Origin: Spirochaetia bacterium
GTDB lineage: Bacteria; Spirochaetota; Spirochaetia; SZUA-6; Bin103
DNA length: 64,000 nt
Direction: 5' to 3'
NCBI GenBank assembly: GCA_965203905.1
Contig: CBDBDQ010000005.1
Coordinates: forward strand, 5,888,001 to 5,952,000
Shown: positions 9,724 to 18,273 of the stretch, one piece after another
Layout: each line of letters starts with the position of its first letter
Numbering within the stretch: the first letter of the stretch is position 1
The notes under the pieces: model-generated
What the model was told of the DNA's origin: nothing
The model's database searches: none
Seen by the model: only the letters and a program-made list of their open reading frames with translations
Program-made: the position numbers and the translations under genes

Positions 9724-10123
9724 CACGTTCACTCTTCGGGATCGGCCAGCCCTTGTAGTGCCCAGCGGCGGTGTTCATGCAGTAGCCACACCAATACTGA
9801 CCGGAAGAATCCCTATACCAAATCCTGTGTGGGTACTTCTGGTCGGACTGCACGAACTGGTAGTTTCCTTCCTCGATCGCCCTCCGGACCCATCCCGTTG
9901 CCCGGACGCGATCTTCATCCTCTGTCAATGGGCAGATCGTTGTCTTCTGCTTGTGAGCGCGTCCGACCCGTCCACCTCGCAGTTGCCGGCCCTTGGGTAA
10001 TCCTCCCCACCACCGGCGAAGCTTGTGCTCGGCGCTGCCCTCATACCGGGCCCCTGCCGCCAAGTCCCGTCGCTCCGCGCGAGACAACGGGGGCCGTACG
10101 GGTCTCTGCATTGGTCGTCTCAT
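9698..10123 (-). CDS. Hypothetical basic ~141-aa protein, possible RNase-type toxin
   Basis: Overlaps start of downstream gene; motifs YEGSAEHK, YP.RIW, GHYKGWP; start could be 10123 or 10111. Confidence 0.65.
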   Translation of the reverse strand: MRRPMQRPVRPPLSRAERRDLAAGARYEGSAEHKLRRWWGGLPKGRQLRGGRVGRAHKQKTTICPLTEDEDRVRATGWVRRAIEEGNYQFVQSDQKYPHRIWYRDSSGQYWCGYCMNTAAGHYKGWPIPKSERDEVFRRLD

Positions 10124-10232
10124 CCCACAGTCCAAGCCTGCATGGGCAAGCAGCGAGCATCAAGGTATCGGCACAACAACCATACAACAACCGCAGGAGG
10201 GACCCGAAGAAACCACATCTGAATCCCCTGCA

Positions 10233-10249
10233 CGGCGATGATCGGCCGG
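10233..10249. repeat. 17-bp direct repeat, copy 2 (cggcgatgatcggccgg)
   Basis: Identical to 7802-7818; lies in a stub ORF (MEARRPIIA...) that starts at the OppD-like stop. Confidence 0.85.
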
Positions 10250-10259
10250 CGTGCCTCCA

Positions 10260-11282
10260 CTACCCCGCTCCCCCGTTCCGCTGCAGGCAGGCCACTTCAT
10301 GCTCAGCCGCGAGCGCCACCGTCGCCGGCATCTCGGCGTCGCAGCGTCCCGGCACGAACTCGTCGCAGCGGGTGTGGAACGCACACCCCGGCGGCATCTC
10401 GTAGGGGCTCGGCACCATGCCCCGGATCGGCGTCAGCGCTTCGAGCGGGCCGGAGAGGCGCGGGATCGACGCCAGCAGCGCCCGCGCATAGGGATGCTCG
10501 GGCCGCGCGAACAGCGCACCGACCGGCGCCGTCTCCACCACCCGCCCGAGGTACATCACGACGACGCGTTCGGTGACCTCGGCGATCACCCCCAGGTCGT
10601 GGGTCACCAGGATCACCGCCATCTGCATGCTGCGCTGCATCTCCAGCATCAGGTTCAGCGCCTGCGCCTGCAGCGTCACGTCCAGCGCGGTGGTGGGCTC
10701 GTCGGCGATCAGGATGCGCGGCTCGCAGGCCACGGCCATGGCGATCATCGCCCGCTGGCGCATGCCGCCGCTGAGGTTGTGCGGGTAGGCGGCCAGGATG
10801 TCGGGATCGGTCAGGCCGACGCGGCCGAGCACTTCGAGCGAGCGCTCGGTCAGCTCCCGGCGCCGGCGCTGCCTGGGGATCTGTTGCGCCTCGTCCATCA
10901 TCGCGATCGCCTCGCCGATCTGGCTGCCGATGGTGTGCACCGGGCTGAACGACGTCATCGGTTCCTGGAAGATCATCGAGATGTCGTTGCGGCGGATCGA
11001 CTTCATGGTCTCGCTCTCGCGCGCTTCATCGGTAATGGTCACCGTCTCGCCCACCGCGTGGTATCGGACCCTCCCGCGCGTGACGCGGGCCACCGGCGGC
11101 AGGATGCCGAGGATCGTCAACGCGGTGACGCTCTTGCCGCAGCCGCTCTCGCCGATGATGCCGAGCACTTCGTTGCGGTTCAGGGTGAAGCTGACGCCGT
11201 TCACCGCCCGCACCGTGCCTTCCTTGGAAGGAAACTCCACGTACAGGTCATCGACCTCCAGCAGCGTCTCGGCCACGATCAC
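10260..11282 (-). CDS. Oligopeptide/dipeptide ABC transporter ATP-binding protein (OppD/DppD-like)
   Basis: GTGA overlap with upstream permease; [39 protein letters not shown]. Confidence 0.93.
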   Translation of the reverse strand: MIVAETLLEVDDLYVEFPSKEGTVRAVNGVSFTLNRNEVLGIIGESGCGKSVTALTILGILPPVARVTRGRVRYHAVGETVTITDEARESETMKSIRRNDISMIFQEPMTSFSPVHTIGSQIGEAIAMMDEAQQIPRQRRRRELTERSLEVLGRVGLTDPDILAAYPHNLSGGMRQRAMIAMAVACEPRILIADEPTTALDVTLQAQALNLMLEMQRSMQMAVILVTHDLGVIAEVTERVVVMYLGRVVETAPVGALFARPEHPYARALLASIPRLSGPLEALTPIRGMVPSPYEMPPGCAFHTRCDEFVPGRCDAEMPATVALAAEHEVACLQRNGGAG

Positions 11283-12421
11283 ACCTTGGCATAGGGGTCG
11301 GCGGCGTCGCGCATGCCGTCGCCGATGAAGTTGAACGCCAGGATGGCGGCCACCACGAAGAACGCGGGAATGAACAGCCACTGGGCCGCGATCAGGTTGC
11401 GCAGGTGTCTGCACTCCTGCAGCATCACCCCCCAGCTTATTGCCGGCGGCTGCAGCCCGAGGCCGATGAAGCTGAGCGCGGTCTCGCCCAGGATCATGCC
11501 GGGGATGGCCAGGGTCAGCTCGGCGATGGTGTGGCTCAGGAACGAAGGCAGCAGGTAGGAGAAGATCAGCTTGCCGTGGCCGACGTTGTCGAGGCGGGCG
11601 GCGCGGATGTACTCCTCCCGCTTGAGCGCCATGAACTTGCCGCGCACGGTACGGCTGCCACCGGTGACCACCCCGATCAAAGCCAGGATCACCGTAATCA
11701 GCACGAAGCGCTGCACCACCGAGAGCCGCACCGGCAGCGCCGCCGCCAGCGCGATCCACAGCGGCAGCGTGGGCACGCTCATGAAGGTCTCGGTGATGCG
11801 CATGATCACCTTGTCCACCACCCCGCCGAGCAACCCCGCGATGCCGCCGATGAACAGGCTCGGGAAGAAGCCGATCAGAATGCCGACGAAGCCCACGGTC
11901 AGCGAAATGCGCGACCCGTACACGATGCGCGAAAACAGGTCGCGCCCGAGTGAGTCCTTGCCCAGCAGGCTGAAGATGCGGCCGTCGCGCAGGCCGAACA
12001 GGTGCAGGTTGCTGGGAATCAGTCCCCACATGCGGTAGGGGTCGCCGCGCACCAGCAGGTACAGCGGTTGCACGATGGTCGTGTCCACCGAGTAGAGGTA
12101 CTCCCAGGTGTCGGGATCGACGGTCTTGACGATCGGGTGCACGAACGGGCGCGGGTGGAAGCGGCCGGCGGCGTCGAAGAACCTGATCCGCTGCGGCGGC
12201 GCCAGGGTGAACTCCTCGTCGTACGAGCGCGGGTCGTAGGGAGAGATGAACTCGGCGAAGATGACGCCGAGATAGAGGAAGCCGATGAAGCCGAGCGCCA
12301 CCACGGCGACCCGGTGGCGCAGGAAGCGCCAGCGCATGAGCTGCCACTGCGAGGCGTAGGCGTGCTGACCGGTCGCCACCCGCGGATCGCCGAGCTGCAG
12401 CGACGCGCCCGAGGTGCTCAT
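11279..12421 (-). CDS. Peptide/nickel ABC transporter permease (OppC-like)
   Basis: ATGA overlap; LGKDSLGRDLFSRIVYGSRISL, ETALSFIGLG, FNFIGDGMRDAADP. Confidence 0.93.
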   Translation of the reverse strand: MSTSGASLQLGDPRVATGQHAYASQWQLMRWRFLRHRVAVVALGFIGFLYLGVIFAEFISPYDPRSYDEEFTLAPPQRIRFFDAAGRFHPRPFVHPIVKTVDPDTWEYLYSVDTTIVQPLYLLVRGDPYRMWGLIPSNLHLFGLRDGRIFSLLGKDSLGRDLFSRIVYGSRISLTVGFVGILIGFFPSLFIGGIAGLLGGVVDKVIMRITETFMSVPTLPLWIALAAALPVRLSVVQRFVLITVILALIGVVTGGSRTVRGKFMALKREEYIRAARLDNVGHGKLIFSYLLPSFLSHTIAELTLAIPGMILGETALSFIGLGLQPPAISWGVMLQECRHLRNLIAAQWLFIPAFFVVAAILAFNFIGDGMRDAADPYAKV

Positions 12422-13407
12422 ACCGCGTCCCGGATGCGTGGGTCGACGATCCCCAGCAGGATGTCGGAGAGCAGAATGCCCACCACCGTCAGCCCCAGCT
12501 CGATGAACAGGATGCTGCCGGCCAGGAACATGTCCTGCGCCATGGTGGCCTGCAGCATGATCGGCGCCAGCGTGGGCAGGCCCAGGGTGACAGACACCAT
12601 CAGCTCGCCCGACATGAGACTGGCCAGGAGCCATCCCAGGCGCACGATGAACGGGTTCAGGGCCACCCGGAACGGGTACTTCAGCAGCAGCCGCGCGCCG
12701 CTCACCCCCTTGGAGCGGGCCACCATCACGTAGGGCTTCTCCAGCTCGTCGAGCAGGTTGGCGCGCATGATCCGCACCTGCTCCGCGGTACCGGCGGTGG
12801 CCATGACGATGGCCGGGATCCACAGGTGGTTCAGCAGATCGAGGAACTTGGGCAGGCTCCAGGCCGCGTCCAGGTACTGCTGCGACATCAGGCCGATGGT
12901 GGCGGTGCTGCCGGTTAGCGTGAACACCATCCACGCCAGCACCAGGGCGAAGATGAAGTTGGGCACCGCCAGCCCGATGAAGCCGATGAAGGTAATGCAA
13001 TAGTCGAGCCAGGAGTGTTGCCGCACCGCCGACACGATGCCGATCGGGATCGCCATCGCGTTGAGCAGCAGGAACGAGATGAACGACATCAGCGCGGTGA
13101 GTGGCAGGCGCTCCGCCAGGATCACCCCGACCGGCTTGTTGAACAGCATCGAGTAGCTGAAATCGCCGCGCAGGATGTTCCCGAGCCAGAAGAAGTACTG
13201 CACCATGATCGGCTTGTCGAGATCGTACTGGGCGTTCAGCGATGCGATCAGCTCCGGAGTGATGTCGACGCCGCGGTTGCGCATCAGGGCGATCTTGGCG
13301 TCGATCACGTTGCCGGGAGGAAGCTGGATGATGACGAACACGATCACGCTGCCGATCAACAGCACGGGAATCATCATCAGCACGCGCCGCAGCACGTAGA
13401 CGGTCAT
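12418..13407 (-). CDS. Peptide/nickel ABC transporter permease (OppB-like)
   Basis: YVLRR..MIP, LDKP..VQY, GDFSYS, YVMVARSKG, SDILLGIVDPRIR. Confidence 0.93.
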   Translation of the reverse strand: MTVYVLRRVLMMIPVLLIGSVIVFVIIQLPPGNVIDAKIALMRNRGVDITPELIASLNAQYDLDKPIMVQYFFWLGNILRGDFSYSMLFNKPVGVILAERLPLTALMSFISFLLLNAMAIPIGIVSAVRQHSWLDYCITFIGFIGLAVPNFIFALVLAWMVFTLTGSTATIGLMSQQYLDAAWSLPKFLDLLNHLWIPAIVMATAGTAEQVRIMRANLLDELEKPYVMVARSKGVSGARLLLKYPFRVALNPFIVRLGWLLASLMSGELMVSVTLGLPTLAPIMLQATMAQDMFLAGSILFIELGLTVVGILLSDILLGIVDPRIRDAV

Positions 13408-13474
13408 CGGTCAGAAACAGGCCGCCTCCGCCGCCACGCGGTGCGCATGGCGGCGGCCAGCGGCGGGCGCCGGT

Positions 13475-15484
13475 CTACTGGCGCACGAACAGAACGTCGA
13501 AGAACAGGTAGCTGGCCTCGGAGCTCAGCGGCTCGTCCGGCACGTTGCCCACCCTGTTGTGGAAGTAGTAGAAGGAGACCTGCGGGATATCGACCTTCGA
13601 CTCCAGCGGCGAGATCGACCACAGCCCTTCGCTGAAGATCTTCACCACCTCCTGCTCGATCCGCTTCCTGGCGTCGACGCCCATCGCCCGCGGATACTCC
13701 TCGGACAACTCGTACAGCCTCTTCACCCCGTCCGGTGGCTCCACTCCCTCGGCGCCGCCTGAGTGCAGCCAGCGCGCCCACGGGGTGGAGACGTGGTAGC
13801 CCTCCGGATTGCTCGGCACCACGTGCGGAAAACGCGCGATGCTGGCGGTCGGTATGCCGCGTCCGATATCGACGGGGCCAACCAGGATGTCGTAGTCGCC
13901 GGTGGTCAGTTTCTCCCCGTACGCGTCGCCGGCGTAGGGTCGAATCAGGAACTCGATGCCGACCTTCTCGAATTGCTCCTTGTAGATTTCCGACATGGCG
14001 ACCTCTGCGCTCTTGTCGGTCTCGACCAGCCCGATCAGCTCCAACGGCTTGCCGCTCGGAAGGGTGCGCGCGGTGCGGTTCGAGTTCCACGCCAGTCCCA
14101 GCTCGTCGAGCATGCGGTTTGCCGCGTCCGGATCGTGCTCCTTGTAGGGCTCGTCGGCCGGGTGCACGAGGTCACCCGCCACCGGCGTCTGCGACAGCGT
14201 GTACTGACCGCGGAACAGCAGGTCGTTGATTTCCTGACCGTCGATCGCCAGGGCAACGGCGCGCCGGAACTTGATGTCGTTGAACAACTCTCGGCGTTCC
14301 GAGTCCTCGCTCGCAAAGTTGAAGTACACGGTGCCGTGATACATGATGGCCGACATCGCCGCGTGCAGCCTGAAGTTGCCGTCCTCCTCCGCGTTGCGCA
14401 GCACGCTGAAGTTCGAAATGTCGCCGAAGTCGCCGCGCAGGCCGAAGTCGATCTCGCCGGCGAGGCCCTGCAGCAGATAGGCATCGCTGCCCATCCCCAT
14501 CAGCGGAACGCGGATGGCGTCGATGTAGGGAAGTTGATTCCCGGCCACGTCCACCTTGAAGTAATAGGGGTTGCGCTGGAACACGCCCAGCGTGTCGCTC
14601 TTGCTGTCCAGCCGCCACGGGTGGATCACCGGCAGCTCGGTGTTGAAGTTGCTCCAGATCACGTATTCCTTCCAATACGCCATCCAGGTGGTGAAGCCGG
14701 CTTCCTTGGCCACGCTCTCCGCCTTGTCGCGCCCGGCGACGCCGGGATGGAACTGGCCCATGTAGTGTTCCGGCAGAAACGAATCGGGGAACCAGCGCAT
14801 CATGTTGTTGGGCAGGTTCGGGTAGGAGCCGGCGAAGTGGAACTCGAAGGTGACGTCGTCGACCACGTTCAGGGTGGCCATCTCCCCGCCGACCTTGAGG
14901 TTGCCGATGCCGTGCGGGTTGAGCTCGCTGTCGGCGGCGTCGTGGTCGAACCAGAACCGGATGTCCTCGGTATCGAAGGTCTCGCCATCGCTCCAGCGCA
15001 GGCCGTCGCGCAGGCGGATGGTGTACACCGAGGCGTCCGCATTGGGCTCGTACGAGGCGAACACGTTGGGCAGCAGCGTTTCGCCGTTCACCGGTATGGT
15101 GAGGCCCCACTGGCGCATGTACTCGTCGTTGATCCAGCCGGGATCGCCGGGAATCACCAGGGTGCCGCCGTAGACGCCGATCTGATGGGCGGGGGCGATG
15201 ACGATCGGGTCGTTCGGCAGGCGCTCGCCGACCGGCGGCAGGTCGCCGCTGGCCACCAGCGCGGCCAGCACCGGCGCCTCGCCATACTCCAGCGTGCGCC
15301 CCGTGGCCGCCGCGTACTCGGCGGGCGAGTTGTAGAACACCGGCACGCCCGACCCGACGAACCACTCGTTGCCGGCGGCGCCGGCAGGCATGGCATCCGG
15401 CTCCTCCTCCGCCGGGGATGCAAGCAGCGGCAGCGCCGCCGCCAGCAGGGTCATTCGTATCAGAATAGTCCTCAATGTCTTCAT
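13475..15484 (-). CDS. ABC transporter substrate-binding protein, family 5
   Basis: ATG after GGAGG; signal peptide; GDLPPV.ERLP..P, G.YGG, LRWSDG..F..EDI.F, RNPYYFKVD..GNQLPYID. Confidence 0.92.
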   Translation of the reverse strand: MKTLRTILIRMTLLAAALPLLASPAEEEPDAMPAGAAGNEWFVGSGVPVFYNSPAEYAAATGRTLEYGEAPVLAALVASGDLPPVGERLPNDPIVIAPAHQIGVYGGTLVIPGDPGWINDEYMRQWGLTIPVNGETLLPNVFASYEPNADASVYTIRLRDGLRWSDGETFDTEDIRFWFDHDAADSELNPHGIGNLKVGGEMATLNVVDDVTFEFHFAGSYPNLPNNMMRWFPDSFLPEHYMGQFHPGVAGRDKAESVAKEAGFTTWMAYWKEYVIWSNFNTELPVIHPWRLDSKSDTLGVFQRNPYYFKVDVAGNQLPYIDAIRVPLMGMGSDAYLLQGLAGEIDFGLRGDFGDISNFSVLRNAEEDGNFRLHAAMSAIMYHGTVYFNFASEDSERRELFNDIKFRRAVALAIDGQEINDLLFRGQYTLSQTPVAGDLVHPADEPYKEHDPDAANRMLDELGLAWNSNRTARTLPSGKPLELIGLVETDKSAEVAMSEIYKEQFEKVGIEFLIRPYAGDAYGEKLTTGDYDILVGPVDIGRGIPTASIARFPHVVPSNPEGYHVSTPWARWLHSGGAEGVEPPDGVKRLYELSEEYPRAMGVDARKRIEQEVVKIFSEGLWSISPLESKVDIPQVSFYYFHNRVGNVPDEPLSSEASYLFFDVLFVRQ

Positions 15485-15508
15485 GGATACCTCCAGCGCC
15501 GTGGGCCC

Positions 15509-15553
15509 GGCGCAATTTTGCGCCAGTATTGGAAACCGCGCGGGAGGTGTCAA
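15509..15553 (-). promoter_or_regulatory. Sigma70-type promoter with palindromic operator candidate for the peptide ABC operon
   Basis: TTGACA (15548-15553)-17 nt-AATACT (15525-15530), then inverted repeat ggcgcaa-tt-ttgcgcc (15509-15524) over the expected start site. Confidence 0.6.
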
Positions 15554-16908
15554 CTTCCCGCGGGCGGGTGCGGCGGGTGCGTGCGGCCGATCCCGATCGC
15601 TTCTTCAAGGAGAGAGCGCAAGCTGGCCACAGCGTAGAGCGGGACTGAAACTACAGGCCCGTCACGACGATAGCCACCGGAGTAGACGCGCAACGCCAAC
15701 GGCGGCCGATAACGCTCGACGAACGCCGCCAGGCTGCGTAGGCGGCCCACCTTGCCTGACTTGACCTCGACCGGGATCACGCGACCCGCGGCCGCCGTGA
15801 GGTAGTCGACCTCGGCGCTGCTGGAGCTTCTGTGCCGGTGCCAGTAGAACAGCTCCGGCCGTTCGTATGGGCTCCGATGCGCCAGCAGTTCCTGCCCCAC
15901 GAACTGCTCGGCAACCGCGCCGTCGTTGATGCGCATGGGATCGCCGTGCAGGAGCTGCTCGGTTGCCCCGCACAGGTTCTGCATCAGACCGACGTCGACC
16001 ATGACGAGCTTGTAGTGGCGGTCGTCCGCCTCCGCGCCCAGGGGCAGTCCGGCTCCCGAAGTCGAGCAGACGCGGTGCACGATCCCCGCCCGCTGCAACA
16101 GCTCCACCGCCGCGCGCAGATCGCGTGAGCGGCTGTCCGGGTCGACCTTCGAATACATGAACTTGCGCCCGACCAGGCGCGCCGCGTGCAGGAACACCCG
16201 GTCCAGGTGATGGTGGCTGGAGGCCCGTGCGTACTTGCCGAAGTCGTCACGAAGGGTCTGGGTGATGGCGGTCTGAAGCCGGCTGGCGCGAGCCACGCTG
16301 CCGCTCTCCAGGTACTCCGCGACCACGGCCGGCATGCCGCCGAGCAGCAGGTAGGTCCGCAGCAAAGACACCAAGTGCTCGTGGACGGCGCTGGTCGGGG
16401 TGACGGTGCCCACTCTGGACGCCCGCAACGCGGGCTCCTCGCCAACCGCCGTCAAGAACTCCGCGAACGACAGCGGAAACATGAACAGGGGTTGGATGCG
16501 GCCCACCGGAATGCGCAACCGCTCCGCCTCCAGGGCGAATTCGAGGAGCGATCCCGCACCGATCACGTGCAGGTCGGGTACCTGCTCGTAGAAGTAGCGC
16601 AACGCCATGACGGCGGCCGGGCACTCCTGGATCTCGTCGATGAACAGCAGCGTGCGACCGGGATCGACCCGCGTTCCTCGGAGAATCCCGATCTGGTCGA
16701 GAATCGCGCGCGGTTCCAGAGTGTCGAAGCAGCGCCGGTAGCGAGGCTGCTGCTCCAGGTTGATCGAGGCGACATCGGAGAAGCTCCGTTCGCCCAGCGC
16801 CGTAACCGCGTAGGTCTTGCCGACCTGGCGGGCGCCGCGGATCAGCAGGGGCAGCCGGCGGCTGTCCCGCGCCCAGGCGTCCAGCACGTCGTCCACCAGT
16901 CTCTTCAC
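15550..16908 (-). CDS. AAA family ATPase (AAA_14 + DUF4143, C-terminal PD-(D/E)XK-like)
   Basis: GARQVGKT, LFIDEIQ, AGS, GGMPA, D.GL, EVDYL...PVEVKS. Confidence 0.92.
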   Translation of the reverse strand: MKRLVDDVLDAWARDSRRLPLLIRGARQVGKTYAVTALGERSFSDVASINLEQQPRYRRCFDTLEPRAILDQIGILRGTRVDPGRTLLFIDEIQECPAAVMALRYFYEQVPDLHVIGAGSLLEFALEAERLRIPVGRIQPLFMFPLSFAEFLTAVGEEPALRASRVGTVTPTSAVHEHLVSLLRTYLLLGGMPAVVAEYLESGSVARASRLQTAITQTLRDDFGKYARASSHHHLDRVFLHAARLVGRKFMYSKVDPDSRSRDLRAAVELLQRAGIVHRVCSTSGAGLPLGAEADDRHYKLVMVDVGLMQNLCGATEQLLHGDPMRINDGAVAEQFVGQELLAHRSPYERPELFYWHRHRSSSSAEVDYLTAAAGRVIPVEVKSGKVGRLRSLAAFVERYRPPLALRVYSGGYRRDGPVVSVPLYAVASLRSLLEEAIGIGRTHPPHPPAGS

Positions 16909-17216
16909 AACTCCTCCAAGGTGATGCTCCGTACGCGCGTCGGTAGTGCCGACTCACCATACGACAGGTATCGGTAAAAAACAAGGGTAATAAACACCGA
17001 CTAATGGCTATATTACACCCATAAATTAACCAATCACGGATGATAGCGACGATTTGCCGCAGATCCACGACGGACAGTGTGGGCAAGTGGGCGGGGTTAT
17101 GGCAGACTCGCTCGAAGGAGTCCTGCACCCATGCCGGTTTGTTTCTTGAGCTCCACCAGACTTGCCACACGGGCAGGAGCGGCTGCGCCGCGCGCCGCTG
17201 GCGCAGGTGCGGTCGG

Positions 17217-18257
17217 ATGAGCGCCAGCCCGCCGGCGGAGCCGGCCGATCCTGCCGTGCGGTCGGTGATTTGCGTGCACCGGCAGTTCGAACGCAGTTGG
17301 CCCTACACCGCCGATCACTGGCAGGACCGCTGGCGACAGAGCGGCGGCTGTGAGCTGATCCGTACCGACGCCGAAGATGCCTCACCGGCGCAGTTGGTGC
17401 ACGACCCGGCTTCGGTACGGCGGCTGGTGCTGCTGGGATTCTCCGTCGGAGCACACGATCTGGACTCCTTCGCAACGCTGGAGGAGTGCTATCTGGACTG
17501 GCACGGAGGCTCGGAGGCGGCGGTCACCGCTGCCAAGGAGCGCGGCGTGAGCTTCATCCCGCACCGCGTCGACGTCTACTGGGGCCAAACCGTCGCCGAG
17601 TACGCCTTGGCAATGACCATCTGCGGGTTGCGCCGGATTCCGCAGAATCACGGCGCCATGCAGACCAGCCTGGCGCCCTGGGACTACTCGCCGGAGGCCA
17701 GCACCATCGGACCGCGCGGGGGCCAGTTCGGAGACGACCCCCGGTTCTGCAACGGCACCGTGGCCGGCAAGCGGGTGCGCGTGGTCGGGGTCGGCAACAT
17801 CGGCGCCCGGTACGCCTCCTGGTGCGCGGCGCTGGGCGCCGAGGTGGCAGTGTGGGACCCGTTTGCGCCCGATGCCTCGTTCGTGGCGGCCGGGGCCGAG
17901 CGCCGGTTTCACGTCGAGGAGCTGGTCGCCGATGCCGAGATCTTCGCGCCGATGGTGCCGCTCACCGATTCGACCCGCGGCCTGATCACCGCGGAGCTGA
18001 TCGACGCGCTGCCGAGATACGGCCTGGTGGTGCAGGTCACGCGTGCCGCCGTGTGCGACACCGAGGCGCTGTACCGGCGGGTGCTGAACGACGAGCTGGC
18101 GCTGGCCGCCGACGTGTTCGAGGAGGAACCGCTGCCGCTCGACTCGCCCCTGCTCGGCCGTCACAACGTGGTGCACACCCCGCACGCCGCCGGGCGCACG
18201 CGGGACGCCAACCATGCCTTCGCCGCCGACGCGATCGCCCGCTTCCGGCCACGCTGA
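17217..18257 (+). CDS. D-isomer-specific 2-hydroxyacid dehydrogenase family protein
   Basis: TVAEY, GVGNIG, WDPF, PLTDSTRGLI, R in VTRAAV, DVFEEEPLP, TPHAAG. Confidence 0.88.
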   Translation: MSASPPAEPADPAVRSVICVHRQFERSWPYTADHWQDRWRQSGGCELIRTDAEDASPAQLVHDPASVRRLVLLGFSVGAHDLDSFATLEECYLDWHGGSEAAVTAAKERGVSFIPHRVDVYWGQTVAEYALAMTICGLRRIPQNHGAMQTSLAPWDYSPEASTIGPRGGQFGDDPRFCNGTVAGKRVRVVGVGNIGARYASWCAALGAEVAVWDPFAPDASFVAAGAERRFHVEELVADAEIFAPMVPLTDSTRGLITAELIDALPRYGLVVQVTRAAVCDTEALYRRVLNDELALAADVFEEEPLPLDSPLLGRHNVVHTPHAAGRTRDANHAFAADAIARFRPR

Positions 18258-18273
18258 GATCGAGGCTCGGCCT

